Positions 24,186-35,474 of a DNA stretch of 64,000 bases are shown one piece after another. The notes beneath the pieces are model-generated. The model saw only the letters and a list, made by a program, of their open reading frames with translations, had not been told where the DNA came from and did not search any database. The stretch covers positions 1 to 64,000 of the forward strand of contig JAVECO010000063.1 of the NCBI GenBank assembly GCA_051942205.1. The letters run 5' to 3'. The stretch's first letter is position 1. Each line of letters opens with the position of its first letter. The position numbers and the translations under genes were made by a program. Origin of the DNA: Coniocarpon cinnabarinum. Its lineage: Eukaryota.

Positions 24186-25336
24186 ATGAGCCTGATCATA
24201 GATGTCCACACGCACATGTACCCGCCTTCCTACGTCCAACTCTTGAAGAAGAGATCGACAGTGCCCTACATCCGTGATGTACCAGGGACGGAAGTAAGCC
24301 GTCTGATCATCTTGCCCGACGATGATGACGACTCCAAGCCTTCGAATGCGCGTGGTCGGCCATTGGGTCCTGACTACTGGGACTTGCAGAGGAAGATTGA
24401 CTTCATGGATGCCCACGAGATTGAAATATCAGTCCTCTCGTTAGCCAACCCCTGGTTGGATTTTCTGCCTGCGACCGAAGCCGCCAGTCTCGCCAGAGAG
24501 ATCAATCGTGATCTTGACGCTTCGTGCGCAAAATATCCAGGTCGGCTGTTCGCATTCGGCGCGCTGCCGCTTTCCGGGGGCGTAAATGTCATCCAGCAGG
24601 AAATTGAGCGTTTAAAGCATCTGTCACACATGAGGGGCGTCGTAATTGGTACCTCAGCTCTGGGAAAGGGGCTGGACGACCCGTCAATGAATCCAGTGTG
24701 GAAGTCGCTCGAATCAACGGACACGCTGATATTCCTACACCCACACTATGGCTTGCCTGTAAGCGTCTTCGGTCCAAGGTCTGGCGAATATGGCCATGTG
24801 TTACCATTGGCACTGGGTTTTCCACTTGAGACAACAATCGCCATTACCCGTATGTACCTTTCTGGCGCGTTCGATCGGTTTCCAAGACTACAAGTGTTGC
24901 TCGCCCATAGCGGAGGGACTTTGCCGTTCCTTGCAGGACGAATAGAAAGCTGCATTGCGCACGACGGGCATCTGGACGCATGTGCTTCACGTCCAAGACG
25001 CAGCTTGTGGGACGTCTTGAAATCCAATATTTATCTCGATGCTGTGATCTACTCAGAAGTCGGCTTTAAAACAGCCATGGAAGCGTCAGGCGCTGAGCGG
25101 CTAATGTTTGGTGAGCAAAGACAACCACATCTGTTCAAAAAGAGAATGCTGAGTGTTCATATGCCGCAGGAACTGACCACCCTTTTTTCCCACCATTGAA
25201 TCTAGATGAAAGCAAATGGTTAAGTGTGACACTGAATAAGCGCGCTGTATCGGAAGCTATCACTGAGGACAACACGAAGGTCCAAGCGGTTCTAGCAGGC
25301 AACGCATCTCGAATTCTCAAACTTACTATCCAATAG
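24186..25336 (+). CDS. Uracil-5-carboxylate (iso-orotate) decarboxylase, amidohydrolase family
   Basis: IDVHTHMYPPSY, SLANPWLDF, FLHPHYG, LAHSGGTLPFLAGRI. Intron 25111-25169, then GTDHPFFPP. Confidence 0.9.
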
Positions 25337-25592
25337 TGCGGAGTGCTACAAGAAAGCAAGTCTACGCACATGAGAAGCTGATGTAGTAATGCCAATTCGG
25401 AGAGAGGGAAGCCTAAGCGATCGATCAACAACTGGCAGTAATGTAATGCACGATGAGCTTGCCGTCGCTAAGCTTCGTTATTCATTTTGATGAAAACGGG
25501 CGTCCTTTCGAGGATCTTGTGCGAACCATTCATTTTATCCAGAACCCCGTCAAGAGTGCCGATTACAGTATCCGTGCCTTAAAACCCGGCTA

Positions 25593-26399
25593 GGTGCTTC
25601 ACTCAACACGTGTAGCAAACAGCGCCGACGCCAATGCGATTCCAGGGGAAGAATCCGAACAAGCGTCGGAGAAACAAAACGTCGCGGTGGTCATACTAAC
25701 CCCAATGCTGTGAATTTGCTGATGTTCAGCCTCAGCTTTTTTATATCGCACCAGAAGGCCATCCGCTGTCGCTGCTGGACGTTCCATGTCTCAAAATCGT
25801 CTATCTTTATGCTCGCATCAGCTGCTTATTCTCATGGTTGATGCGATTCCTGCTTGTTCTCTAGCGTTCCATGCGATGCATCGAAACCGACGTTGTGGCC
25901 GCATCCGGAATCCTCGATATGGCCAGGAGTAGTTCAGCTGAATCTCAATATATTCACGAGGTAGTTTCCATTCGGAGCGTTCCTCCCCTGGCCAATAATT
26001 GTCATCATAGTGGCCGCTAATGCTCAAGTCAGACTGAAGTGAATTTTTCCAGTGATCACTCCCAGGCCGTTCTACAAGTCATTCGGGCTCAACTGACCGG
26101 ACGTCAACGCTGACAAGTTCCGTGCAATAGATTCTTGCACTTGATGGCAAACGCTCCTGAAATCCAGGAGAAAGGTAAGAATTTATTCGCATGATCCATT
26201 GACGCTCGTCGTCCAGTCTCATAGATGGCGACCGGTATATCGGTACGCATCTAAAGTCTTGCAGAGAGTGCAAGTGCGTGGGGATTTGCGCCTCAGGCTG
26301 CAGCTGCCCAATCAGTGTGGCGTCCTGGCGGCCGCACACGATGTACATGGATTCAGGCTTAGATCCAACAGAACTTCACATAGGATCACTACATGAAAT
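25593..26399 (-). pseudogene. Possible decayed gene of unknown family
   Basis: Three ORF-track fragments share one frame. 269 codons are interrupted only by TGA stops. Confidence 0.35.
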
Positions 26400-27234
26400 T
26401 TACGGTACCAGCATTTAATCGGATAGACGGTGAGCTGAAGGGGCGCTTTTAAATGGGCCTGGTTTGAACAGTGTGGCTGTTGGGTGGTCGCCCGTTTAAT
26501 CACCCAATGAGGTTATGATCATGTTCCACAACCCGCTGTTGCTTTTCGCATACGATCTCGAACACGATTGGCGCCCATGAGCAAGCTAATAATATCCTTT
26601 TCGCGTGTACTTTGTCAACAGATAACAGACCCAATATTAGCCAATCTAGCATGCTTCAACGGATGTGCAAAGTCGGAGACTGTCCAGAGACATGTCGGGT
26701 CGGATGATCAACCGATCTCGGCACATTTCAATGATCATAGATGTGATTGGAAAGCGAAAAGTTGTCTTGCGCTTTGCAGAGAGCTCGCAGTCATGCACAA
26801 TTGCTAAGCGTGAGACGCAAGGATAACATGAGCCAGCAGTTCCGATGTCCGTGGCAATGTCGGTCTGCGTAAATGATGGTCACCGTAGATGAGGCCTGTT
26901 TTGTATTTTTGAATCTTGCGAGCCGGCCTTTGCAAGACCCAATACCAGCTGCACGAAGCACCACCATGCTCAACGAGCTTCAAATTTGCAGGAGATTCTT
27001 AGTAATGACATTGGGCCTGCGCGTCCGGAGTGGAATCAATGGAGCCTTTTCTGGAAGACGATGAGCAGCAAGCTGTGTCCTCCGCAAAGTGATTAATCAT
27101 TCATTGCCTCAGATTGGTGGCATCTAACTTGGCAGAGATAGAGGGTGGCCGGAGCAGCCCTTTGAACGACTACTGCTTTGCTGCTGGCATTATTATCTTT
27201 TTGAAAAGCCTGAAACTGCTAGATTGTTTGAGAA

Positions 27235-28038
27235 TCACACGAGTCTCCACCCTTGCCACGGCCATCCGAATTTTTTGATTGCTATTACCTTTCCCCTGAC
27301 AAGCGCCAAAGGTATTGGCCCATACATTCTTGAGTCTCGGCTCCAGCTGAGGTTGTCGCCAACTACCCAGCAATGTCCTTTAGGTATCTTGACCACAACC
27401 TGATCTTTGCCAGCTCTTTCGGACGGTGAATCTTCTTTGTTTGCGAGACCTTCCACACTTGTGTACATGCCTTCCAGACCATTCGGGGTATCCCGCAGAA
27501 CGTAATCACCTTCCAGACCAATCACTCGCTTAATCGCATGCTCGCCACGATGTATTGGATGTTGATAGCTGATCAGATCTCCTGATTTGATGCCATTTCC
27601 AGCAGCGTAGAGCCACGACACAACCGCTGAGTCGCCCGAGTGAGCGAAAGTCGGCATCATCGACGGGCCCAATGTACTCCGATATCCTGCGATATAATGG
27701 ACAATGAAGTAGCATCCGACGACGAGGTATATTAGGAATCTTGTGACTGTCCGCGGCTTGGTCAATTCCCGCAAGCGTTGACCAATGACCTTGAAACCAG
27801 TGCCCAGAATAAAATGGAACTTTGGATCCGAAGCATGATCATCTCCATACTGCACGCGGACCTTTTCTTGGTTTGGACGTCGGTTTCTATCGAACGCTCG
27901 GGGTGCTGTAGCCTGTGCGCAAGAAGAGGAATGCAATTCGGCTCTGCATTGTAGCAGCTGCTCAGCTTTGATTGCACGTCTGTAAGACGAGCAGGAAATT
28001 GCAGAGAATCTGTGTGACACCAGTTTCAAGCGGTGCAT
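27235..28038 (-). CDS. IMP1: Mitochondrial inner membrane peptidase subunit (peptidase S26, IMP1-like)
   Basis: GPSMMPT (catalytic Ser), IKRVIGLEGD (Lys), GHCWVVGDN, SRDSRMYGP. Confidence 0.85.
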   Translation of the reverse strand: MHRLKLVSHRFSAISCSSYRRAIKAEQLLQCRAELHSSSCAQATAPRAFDRNRRPNQEKVRVQYGDDHASDPKFHFILGTGFKVIGQRLRELTKPRTVTRFLIYLVVGCYFIVHYIAGYRSTLGPSMMPTFAHSGDSAVVSWLYAAGNGIKSGDLISYQHPIHRGEHAIKRVIGLEGDYVLRDTPNGLEGMYTSVEGLANKEDSPSERAGKDQVVVKIPKGHCWVVGDNLSWSRDSRMYGPIPLALVRGKVIAIKKFGWPWQGWRLV

Positions 28039-28308
28039 TGGTGAACAATCAATACGCACCCGCCCTGTTCTGCTGATCGATCAACCTTGAACGGTCGCAA
28101 CATACGAGCGAAGACTACCAGGAAAATATATGTTGTATAATCTGGCAGGGTGGCATCGCATGTTGTTGGTTGCCACACGGTGCCTAGGACTGGCAAGACC
28201 TAAAGACAATGGAATACTGCATGAAAGTATTGCAGAATTGATCTTGGAGGAAAATTCACAGCCGCCTTCATACACCACGCTATATAAGTATATCAAAACA
28301 TGTGATCA

Positions 28309-31300
28309 CTAGGTCTTCCAACGAATACTGGCACCACTCCTTCCTCTTGGCTCCTCGTCCGCGAATCTGATCCCCCTAGCTTGAGGTGAACGAGGAGAAT
28401 CGCTGGCTGAGCTTGCTGTTGTTGTTGTATGTCTGGGCGGCTGTCGTGGTCGACCCTCGTCCTCGTCACTGTCCTCCTCTTGAGTGACAAGACCTAGAGC
28501 GCCCTCGCGACGTCGTCGCTCGGCGGCGGTCTCACCGACATCGCGTGAGCTTGTTGTTCGGTCAGCATATCCATGTGGTCTTGCCTGATTCTGCATATGA
28601 CGGCGTTGTGAGGGCGGGACTCGTTCCGTTCCGTCATCATCCGAGTCCTCTTCAACAGTGTTGGGAAAAGCTCGGCTGCTTGGTTCTCCATCGATTTCGG
28701 ATGAGTTTGCGAGTCGTCTGCGACGCTGAGCTGCGGTTTCATGTGGCCGTGCTGCCGCATCTTTTTGGATGTCTGTTGACACGGAGTGGAAGGGTATTTC
28801 ACCATAGCTCGAGCCACGGAGGGTCAGTCCGGGCCGCTCACCAGAGGATTGAACCTTCTCAATCTGAGCGTCAGCTCCACCACTGTGGTCTTTGGCAGAC
28901 GCAAGCCGTTCCCCATGACCCGCTTTGTCGCTAGTCCCAAGATTTTCAGCGTGTGCAGTGTGTTCTGCAGCGTCTTCGCGAGCTTCCTGTTTGACAGTCT
29001 CTGGTGCATCGCTGTTTTCAACAAGTCGTTCGCGCTCTTTCGGATTCATGCCTTGTATCTGTTGAATGAATTCGGCCTTGCTCATTCGGCGCGCGTTACC
29101 GTCAACTGTGAAACGAATTTTAGCATCATCCTCTTCGTCAGCCTGGCGTGCCCTTGTCTTCGATGAAGCACCAGGCTCTTCGTCGTGAACGTGATGCCCA
29201 ACACCAAGCATCTTCCCCATCCGCTGCAGACGCTGCTTGGTCTTTTCTGGATCGACATAGCTCTGCCTGCGCTCCAAGGTATCTCGCTCGGGCTGTGGGA
29301 TATCGAACTTCTTAATGACTTCGCCATCCTCGTCCTCTACTATAATTGTGCGGCCAAAGCGGAATGCTCGTGCTGGCCCATGCTTTCTGTCCCTTTCTGC
29401 TGGGGGTGGCGTGGAAGCTCTGGATGGCTCAGCGGTCTCGGTCCGTTTGTGACCTGCCCAGCTCGCCATTCGGTGCTTCATGCCCTGTTTTCGTCCCTGT
29501 GGAGCGTGTTTTCCTAGAGCAGCGGCGCCCGCTTCTTTAACATTCTCACCAGCGCGTTCGACGGCATCGTGTAACTTTTGGTCAGGTAGCTGCTCTTCTC
29601 TTCTCGAGACACCGTGATGCACATCTTCGGACCCCATCAGCCTGCGAACTTCGCCTTCTACTTCGTCGCGACGCTGTTCGGGAGCCTCATCTTTCTTGGA
29701 ATGCATGACCTCAAGTACATTTCCCTGCTCGTCTTCTATCACTGTGTCGTTTCCTTCCTGGTAGACCTCTTCCTCTGGCTCTTCCTTCTCCGGTGATGAC
29801 GCCTTGGCTTCATCTGAACTTTCGGGACTGTCCGTACTGCTCTGTTGACCAAGGATCGCGAGCTCACTTTTCTCAGAAGGAGACGGGAGCTCGGATGGAG
29901 GCTCTTCCCGTGGGCGAGGGTCGATTGCGGAAGGGTCAATGGGACCTCCAGCGCCTCGCCAAGATGCTCGGCTTCGCCGTTTGCGACTGCTCGGGCGGTA
30001 AGATCTAGGAGTGTCTTCGATCTTTTGGCGGCGTAAGAAGTTGTGGGGCAGAGCCTCAGGGTCATCGGCCATCTTCTCATCCTCAAGGGATATGTCAGAT
30101 GAATCAGCTTTGGACATGGAGCTCTTGGAACGCGATTGGATACGGGGTAGCCTGTCCATCCAGTTTGCACTGTCTTCGTTCGCCTGTGTGTAAGACATGG
30201 TGATGGTCAGAGTATTGATGTGTTTCCCCAAGGTAAAAACGGCAATGGATGAACCGTGGACTATGATTGATGTGAGAACCAGAAACGTCGTAATAGGCCA
30301 TATCATTTCGATGATATTCGCATGCTCAAAATCAGGTGGCGGAAGCACCGCAAGAGGAGTGGTGCCGTGCGTCTCCAACTCCGCTCGAGCTAGAATGGCG
30401 ACGAAAATTGCGCCGACTCCGATGGGACCGAAATGACCGGCGAAAAGTGCTTCGCGCCATGTCTTGATATCTGGTATCACAGGCTTCAATGCCATCATGA
30501 TAGGTATTCGCCGGAAAAAAAGCACCAATATCGCAATGACTACCAGCTTCCAGACCTCAATGTGCAGGATCGAAGAATTAAACTGATCCCAAGGAATGAT
30601 GGTGCCAAAATAGACGAAAAAAGCCAAATTGATGAGCAAGTCAATGACGTTGGAGACGTGCGATTCTTCGGTCTTTTCGGTGAACCATCCATCGTTGCTG
30701 AAACCTACGCCACAAGCGAAGCCAATCAACAGATCATCCATGCCTAGCATGCTGCCGGAGCCAGCACAGAAAAGGGCCAACACAAAATAGAAAACTAGGA
30801 AGCTTTCCCTGTCAATGTAATTCTGCTCGTGCGCGTATCGGACTGCTCGTCTCGCTGCATATCCAACCATGACACCGTAAAAGGCACCAAAAACACACTC
30901 GTAGAGAATCGTAACACATATCCAGTTGAGAGCGACTTCATTCGAATTGGGCCGGTAATGCACAAGGTACAGAGCTAGATAGACGAATGGAAAAGCCATG
31001 CCATCGTTGCAACCTGATTCGGCGGACAAGAGATCACGCAAATGCTTAGGGACTCGTTTCGCGAACTTGCCCTTGCCCACAACGGATGATGCCAAGACCG
31101 GGTCTGTCGCAGTGACACAGGCGGCAATGGTCAGGCTGTCAAGCCAATTGAGGTGGTCATGAAACACTGCCCAGATGAAGAGGCTTGTGACGAGCCAGCC
31201 AAAAGTCATGACGGGCACCAGGAGAAATACCACCGATCGCCAATGACGCTCCATATAGGCCTTGGGCAATTCGACACCCACCGCAAAGCATTGCACCACC

Positions 31301-31536
31301 AACACGATGCGAGAAAACTCGAGAGTGATCTGATCCGTGTTTCCCCAAGTCATGGGGTCGATGAGATCTGCTGCGTGAGGACCGAAAATCAGCCCACAGA
31401 TGGTGGCCACCGTGGCTTCACCAATGTAGAATTTCTCCTTGATGATGGAAGAACATAGCATGAACAAGCTTGTGAAGCCTCCCAAGATGATGTAGACAAG
31501 GTGAGGCTTGTTGATAGACAGGTGATCCCAAGCCAT
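28309..31536 (-). CDS. NHA1: Plasma membrane Na+(K+)/H+ antiporter (CPA1)
   Basis: 1075-aa ORF. TATDPVLAS, AESGCNDG and GHFGPIGVGA motifs; long hydrophilic C-terminal tail. Confidence 0.95.
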   Translation of the reverse strand: MAWDHLSINKPHLVYIILGGFTSLFMLCSSIIKEKFYIGEATVATICGLIFGPHAADLIDPMTWGNTDQITLEFSRIVLVVQCFAVGVELPKAYMERHWRSVVFLLVPVMTFGWLVTSLFIWAVFHDHLNWLDSLTIAACVTATDPVLASSVVGKGKFAKRVPKHLRDLLSAESGCNDGMAFPFVYLALYLVHYRPNSNEVALNWICVTILYECVFGAFYGVMVGYAARRAVRYAHEQNYIDRESFLVFYFVLALFCAGSGSMLGMDDLLIGFACGVGFSNDGWFTEKTEESHVSNVIDLLINLAFFVYFGTIIPWDQFNSSILHIEVWKLVVIAILVLFFRRIPIMMALKPVIPDIKTWREALFAGHFGPIGVGAIFVAILARAELETHGTTPLAVLPPPDFEHANIIEMIWPITTFLVLTSIIVHGSSIAVFTLGKHINTLTITMSYTQANEDSANWMDRLPRIQSRSKSSMSKADSSDISLEDEKMADDPEALPHNFLRRQKIEDTPRSYRPSSRKRRSRASWRGAGGPIDPSAIDPRPREEPPSELPSPSEKSELAILGQQSSTDSPESSDEAKASSPEKEEPEEEVYQEGNDTVIEDEQGNVLEVMHSKKDEAPEQRRDEVEGEVRRLMGSEDVHHGVSRREEQLPDQKLHDAVERAGENVKEAGAAALGKHAPQGRKQGMKHRMASWAGHKRTETAEPSRASTPPPAERDRKHGPARAFRFGRTIIVEDEDGEVIKKFDIPQPERDTLERRQSYVDPEKTKQRLQRMGKMLGVGHHVHDEEPGASSKTRARQADEEDDAKIRFTVDGNARRMSKAEFIQQIQGMNPKERERLVENSDAPETVKQEAREDAAEHTAHAENLGTSDKAGHGERLASAKDHSGGADAQIEKVQSSGERPGLTLRGSSYGEIPFHSVSTDIQKDAAARPHETAAQRRRRLANSSEIDGEPSSRAFPNTVEEDSDDDGTERVPPSQRRHMQNQARPHGYADRTTSSRDVGETAAERRRREGALGLVTQEEDSDEDEGRPRQPPRHTTTTASSASDSPRSPQARGIRFADEEPRGRSGASIRWKT

Positions 31537-31944
31537 CGTGACGGCGTCGCTGCTGCCAGCTCAAGAGTCCGAAGTCTGTGTCGTTGGAACTCGCTTCTGC
31601 TCGAATTCATCAAGCAAGCTAGCGACGTACTCTCGCTCGTGATGAGTAAGTAGGAGCCGAGCGGCCAAAGAGCAAGCCACCCGAGGATCAAACTCGAAGT
31701 TGGGATTACGTACGCACGAGCTCCACCAGGTGCGCGGGATTCAAAGGAAGGAACAGTGCTGACCAGCACCCCAGATGTAAAAGTGGCTCCTCGCGGCGAG
31801 AGGAAGCGGCAGGCGAGGAGTGCGGCGGAGATGTAGAGGACTGTGGGGACGTATGTACGTATGTGCCGGCAAAAGGGTGGGGCTCTCAAATGGCGAGAGA
31901 GAGGACGAATGATATAAGAGGTTGGTGACAACCTTAAGTCGCCC

Positions 31945-31959
31945 GCCAAGGACCTTGGC
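31945..31959. promoter_or_regulatory. Inverted pair of PacC/Rim101 consensus sites (GCCAAG-gac-CTTGGC)
   Basis: Two exact GCCARG matches on opposite strands in the NHA1/palH divergent intergenic region. Confidence 0.55.
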
Positions 31960-32752
31960 AGCACCGCACTTGCGGCAAGGTTTGTAGCGCGGCACTCAGC
32001 CAGCCCAGTGCGAGTGACCTGACCCTCGCTCGCCCCGCGCAGACTCGCCGACAAACGTTTGAAGAGTCCGCAGTCAATAGATGAAGCGGAGCAACAGAGT
32101 GCAGAGGTCCCTTGCCGTACGCAGGCGAGATCGGAGCAACAACACACTCCCCGTTGCAGATCGCCTCCACTCGTTGCGGTATCTCGGTATGCGCTAGTCC
32201 ACAGCGGTACTAGGTCGGACGCCGAGTCGCCGCTCTGGACTCCACGTGACTAGAGCCGCGAACGTTCAGCACCCTGATCGATGCAGATGAGCCCCAATCT
32301 GCACGAGCAGCGTGCATGCCATGTCTTTCAATCCGCTTTGTGTCGATATGAAAAGCGAACATGAGAATCTCAAAGCGCCACTGAAGGCTTCTCAGGTAAG
32401 AAGCAGTAGAGCTGGTCGCCTACCGGGTGCCGGTCGTGGTGACAGAGCACTGCGGATTTAAGGTACTGAGTTTATTACCGAGCGGAGAGATGACCTTCAA
32501 CCCGGAAGGTCTAGCGGCGCGTGCGGCGCTTGCGCAACATCCGCGCCAACAAAACGCTCACCATTATTACATCGCTCCTCGAGGAACCCCCATCTTCGCT
32601 GCTGGATGCTGTGCCGAGTGAACACTTGAACACTTGAGCACATCGCCCAAATGCTGGCAATCGATGTGCACTGTCGTTGAGTCTGGCAATGACTTTCAGG
32701 ATGCCCATGGACGCACCTGGCACGAATAAGTGGCACGGCTGGCCCGTTCAAT

Positions 32753-34954
32753 ATGCCTGCGCCCGGCACTACAACATTTGATATATACAAGAGACAGCTA
32801 TGGGCTCTGCCTACACCCACCTCCACCGCAGGCGCAGACGCTTGTTCCGCCTTCACCATCCCCTCGGGCGGTTCCATTGTCATCAACAATAGCTCGACAA
32901 TCACTCTTTCGACTACGGCCGTCTACCAGCCTCCATGCTCGGGCGGGCCTGCTCTGCTCGACGCCGACGGAGCTAGTGTCCAACCTGTCGACAGCTACCA
33001 CGACCCTTTCTATGCCTCCGTCACTCCTCAAGTGTATATTGTCGCCCTGACAACCGCCATGGCTTGGCTTCTCATGATCGCTCTGGTGTTGTTTCAGCCT
33101 TCGTACAACGGAACGTCTGCCCGATCGCTTGTCCAGCCATGGCGACGCGGTGATGGTCTCAGCAGTCTGTTCAACAGCAGGTCTTCTCCGCTCCCGCTTG
33201 GCTCTCGTCCCTGGCTACAACGGTTTGCCGCGCTCATGGTGGTAATAGCCCTCACCACGGTGACTGCGGATACATTTCGAAACGCCCAGGGACAGTACAA
33301 CAATGGCTACTCGAACGCATCTGAGCTTCGCAATGACGTTGCCGGGAGTTTAGAGGTATGCACAAGCTACTGTCGTAAGTCAACAAAGCTGCTAACAGAT
33401 GCCCAGGTCCGGGTCATCCGGGTCATTTCAGACCTCTTCCTCTGGCTGGCACAGATACAAACTTTAATCCGGCTGTTTCCTCGACGGCGAGAGAAGCTAA
33501 TCATCAAATGGGTGGGCTTCGTGCTTACATTGCTTGACATCATATTCAGCTGTCTCAACAGTTTCTACATCGACACCGGCGACACCGACGATCGGCCCCG
33601 ACGCTATCAAGACGCCATCCCTGCTTTGAGTTACCTCTTTCAGCTTGCGCTGAATTTGTTGTACGCCGCATGGGTCCTCTATTTTGTAATGACGAAACGA
33701 AGATACGCATTCTATCATTACTTGATGCCAGAGATATGCATTGTTGCAGGCGTTGGTCTTTTGTCGATTTCTGTCCCAGTCGTGTTCTTTCTGGTGGACA
33801 TTCTGGAACCTGACGTAAGCACGTGGGGAGACTATTTTCGATGGGTGGGGAGTGCGGCTGCCAGTATCATCATATGGGAGTGGGTAGAGAGAATCGAATA
33901 TCTCGAGCGTGAGGAGAAGAAAGATGGCATACTGGGTCGTGAAATTTTCGACGAAGACGACTTCGACCCCGACGCGCCAGATGGACGGCCTCAGCGAAGG
34001 CACATCGATCACAGCGAGACCCGAACAGATTTGTTCCAACGGTATCAGAATCTGAAATTCAAGAACGAGAAGATAGAAGCTGCACTCAGGCGTTTGACTT
34101 TTCGGGACAAGTCCAGAGGCGAGCAAAGTGGCGACGGCATGTCCAAGGAGGACAATTCTTTGGAGCAGGCGCAAGAACGAAAAATAGAGCCGGCACAAGA
34201 ATTTCACAGCAGTGCGGTAGAAGCTAGTGCGCCAGCAAGCATTGAATCACCCATCGATCGCAATTTTGAGAACAGTCCAGGCAGTACAATATATGCTGTT
34301 CATTATCACCCCACCTCGCAGACGCCAACCACGACAAACGATCACACACGACAGGAGTGCGAGCCACCTGGCGCTGCGGCAGATTCTGGACAGTCCCGTC
34401 CGGGCTTAGCAAGCATTGATGCTGAAAAGCCAGTCGCATCGTCCGAATATCACCCGGGTGCTGAACGCTTCCTGCCTTCCTCTTGGCTTCGGTCCATGAA
34501 CATCTTCCGGAAAACTCGACAGTCACCGCCTGTAGAGGTGAAGAACGCGTTGTCAATGCAACAAGGGAGTCGGCATGACACCAACAAGACTGGCAGTTCT
34601 GCGAAGATATTTTCGGATCATCAAGGAGCAACCCAATCGCGGGCGGTACTTGCTCCACGGCAACCGACAGTCATTCCACCACCAGTGCATGGGACCGATC
34701 CTTGGACACCTGACTCAATCCGCCGTGCCACGCAAAGTGGATCAACGAAGCCTTTGGGGTCTGGCGTGGTGGTCGTCAGTCCTCCACCTCCATCCAAACC
34801 AACTGTTGATCAGACTCAAAAGCGGACAGACTCCCATCAGACTGCCAACAGTGAAGCTAACGCTGTTGAAAATGCGCCAAACGGGGACCTCTCCGGCTCA
34901 ACGCCAGAAAACAATGAGAGCAGTACCGGTGAGTACTCACAGAGCCCTGAATAG
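32753..34954 (+). CDS. palH: pH-sensing 7-TM receptor PalH/Rim21
   Basis: DPFYAS, RPWLQ, LWLAQIQTLIRLFPR, WEWVERIE...GILGRE. A 51-nt intron lies at 33356-33406. Confidence 0.93.
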   Translation: MPAPGTTTFDIYKRQLWALPTPTSTAGADACSAFTIPSGGSIVINNSSTITLSTTAVYQPPCSGGPALLDADGASVQPVDSYHDPFYASVTPQVYIVALTTAMAWLLMIALVLFQPSYNGTSARSLVQPWRRGDGLSSLFNSRSSPLPLGSRPWLQRFAALMVVIALTTVTADTFRNAQGQYNNGYSNASELRNDVAGSLEVCTSYCRKSTKLLTDAQVRVIRVISDLFLWLAQIQTLIRLFPRRREKLIIKWVGFVLTLLDIIFSCLNSFYIDTGDTDDRPRRYQDAIPALSYLFQLALNLLYAAWVLYFVMTKRRYAFYHYLMPEICIVAGVGLLSISVPVVFFLVDILEPDVSTWGDYFRWVGSAAASIIIWEWVERIEYLEREEKKDGILGREIFDEDDFDPDAPDGRPQRRHIDHSETRTDLFQRYQNLKFKNEKIEAALRRLTFRDKSRGEQSGDGMSKEDNSLEQAQERKIEPAQEFHSSAVEASAPASIESPIDRNFENSPGSTIYAVHYHPTSQTPTTTNDHTRQECEPPGAAADSGQSRPGLASIDAEKPVASSEYHPGAERFLPSSWLRSMNIFRKTRQSPPVEVKNALSMQQGSRHDTNKTGSSAKIFSDHQGATQSRAVLAPRQPTVIPPPVHGTDPWTPDSIRRATQSGSTKPLGSGVVVVSPPPPSKPTVDQTQKRTDSHQTANSEANAVENAPNGDLSGSTPENNESSTGEYSQSPE

Positions 34955-35474
34955 CACGGCTTTCTGGAAGATAGCACACCCTCTCAGCCAACGTCCATGT
35001 CGACCATGCTGAAGCTGGCACGCGCAATCTAGATTATGTTGTCTAAGAGGCGGCTGCTGTGATACAATCATACCATAAGCTCCGTGCCCATGACTTGGCA
35101 CTGGTCATGTACATAGATAGATACGCTTCCGAAACACGCAACCACACTCGGAAATTGGTTCTGTTGGCAACACACGGACCCTTGAAATGCAGATCCGGTC
35201 TACGTAATATTAACTGATGGCTGGAATCGGGCGGCAACCCAGGAAGTGACGTGACGCAGCTGTATGTAGCTCAGCCGACTACCTAATCTATGCAGATCTT
35301 GATCTAGGCTACGAGCGTAAGCCTGCATACAACGAAGTCAATTTTAGGTATGAGATAATCGTGATTGAGTCGCTGCAAGCACCTGCTCGCTAGATACTTT
35401 TCGCCAAGAAGGTCTAGTGAAACTTGATCCAAGTTGCGCTGCATCGTTAATTCCTCGCGACGATCGACAGGCCA

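Noticed and set aside
31389..32147. 252-aa minus-strand ORF upstream of NHA1
   Set aside because: Non-ATG start, no motifs, and it overlaps the promoter and the NHA1 start in another frame.
33497..34207. 236-aa ORF antisense to palH
   Set aside because: Antisense shadow with no independent support.
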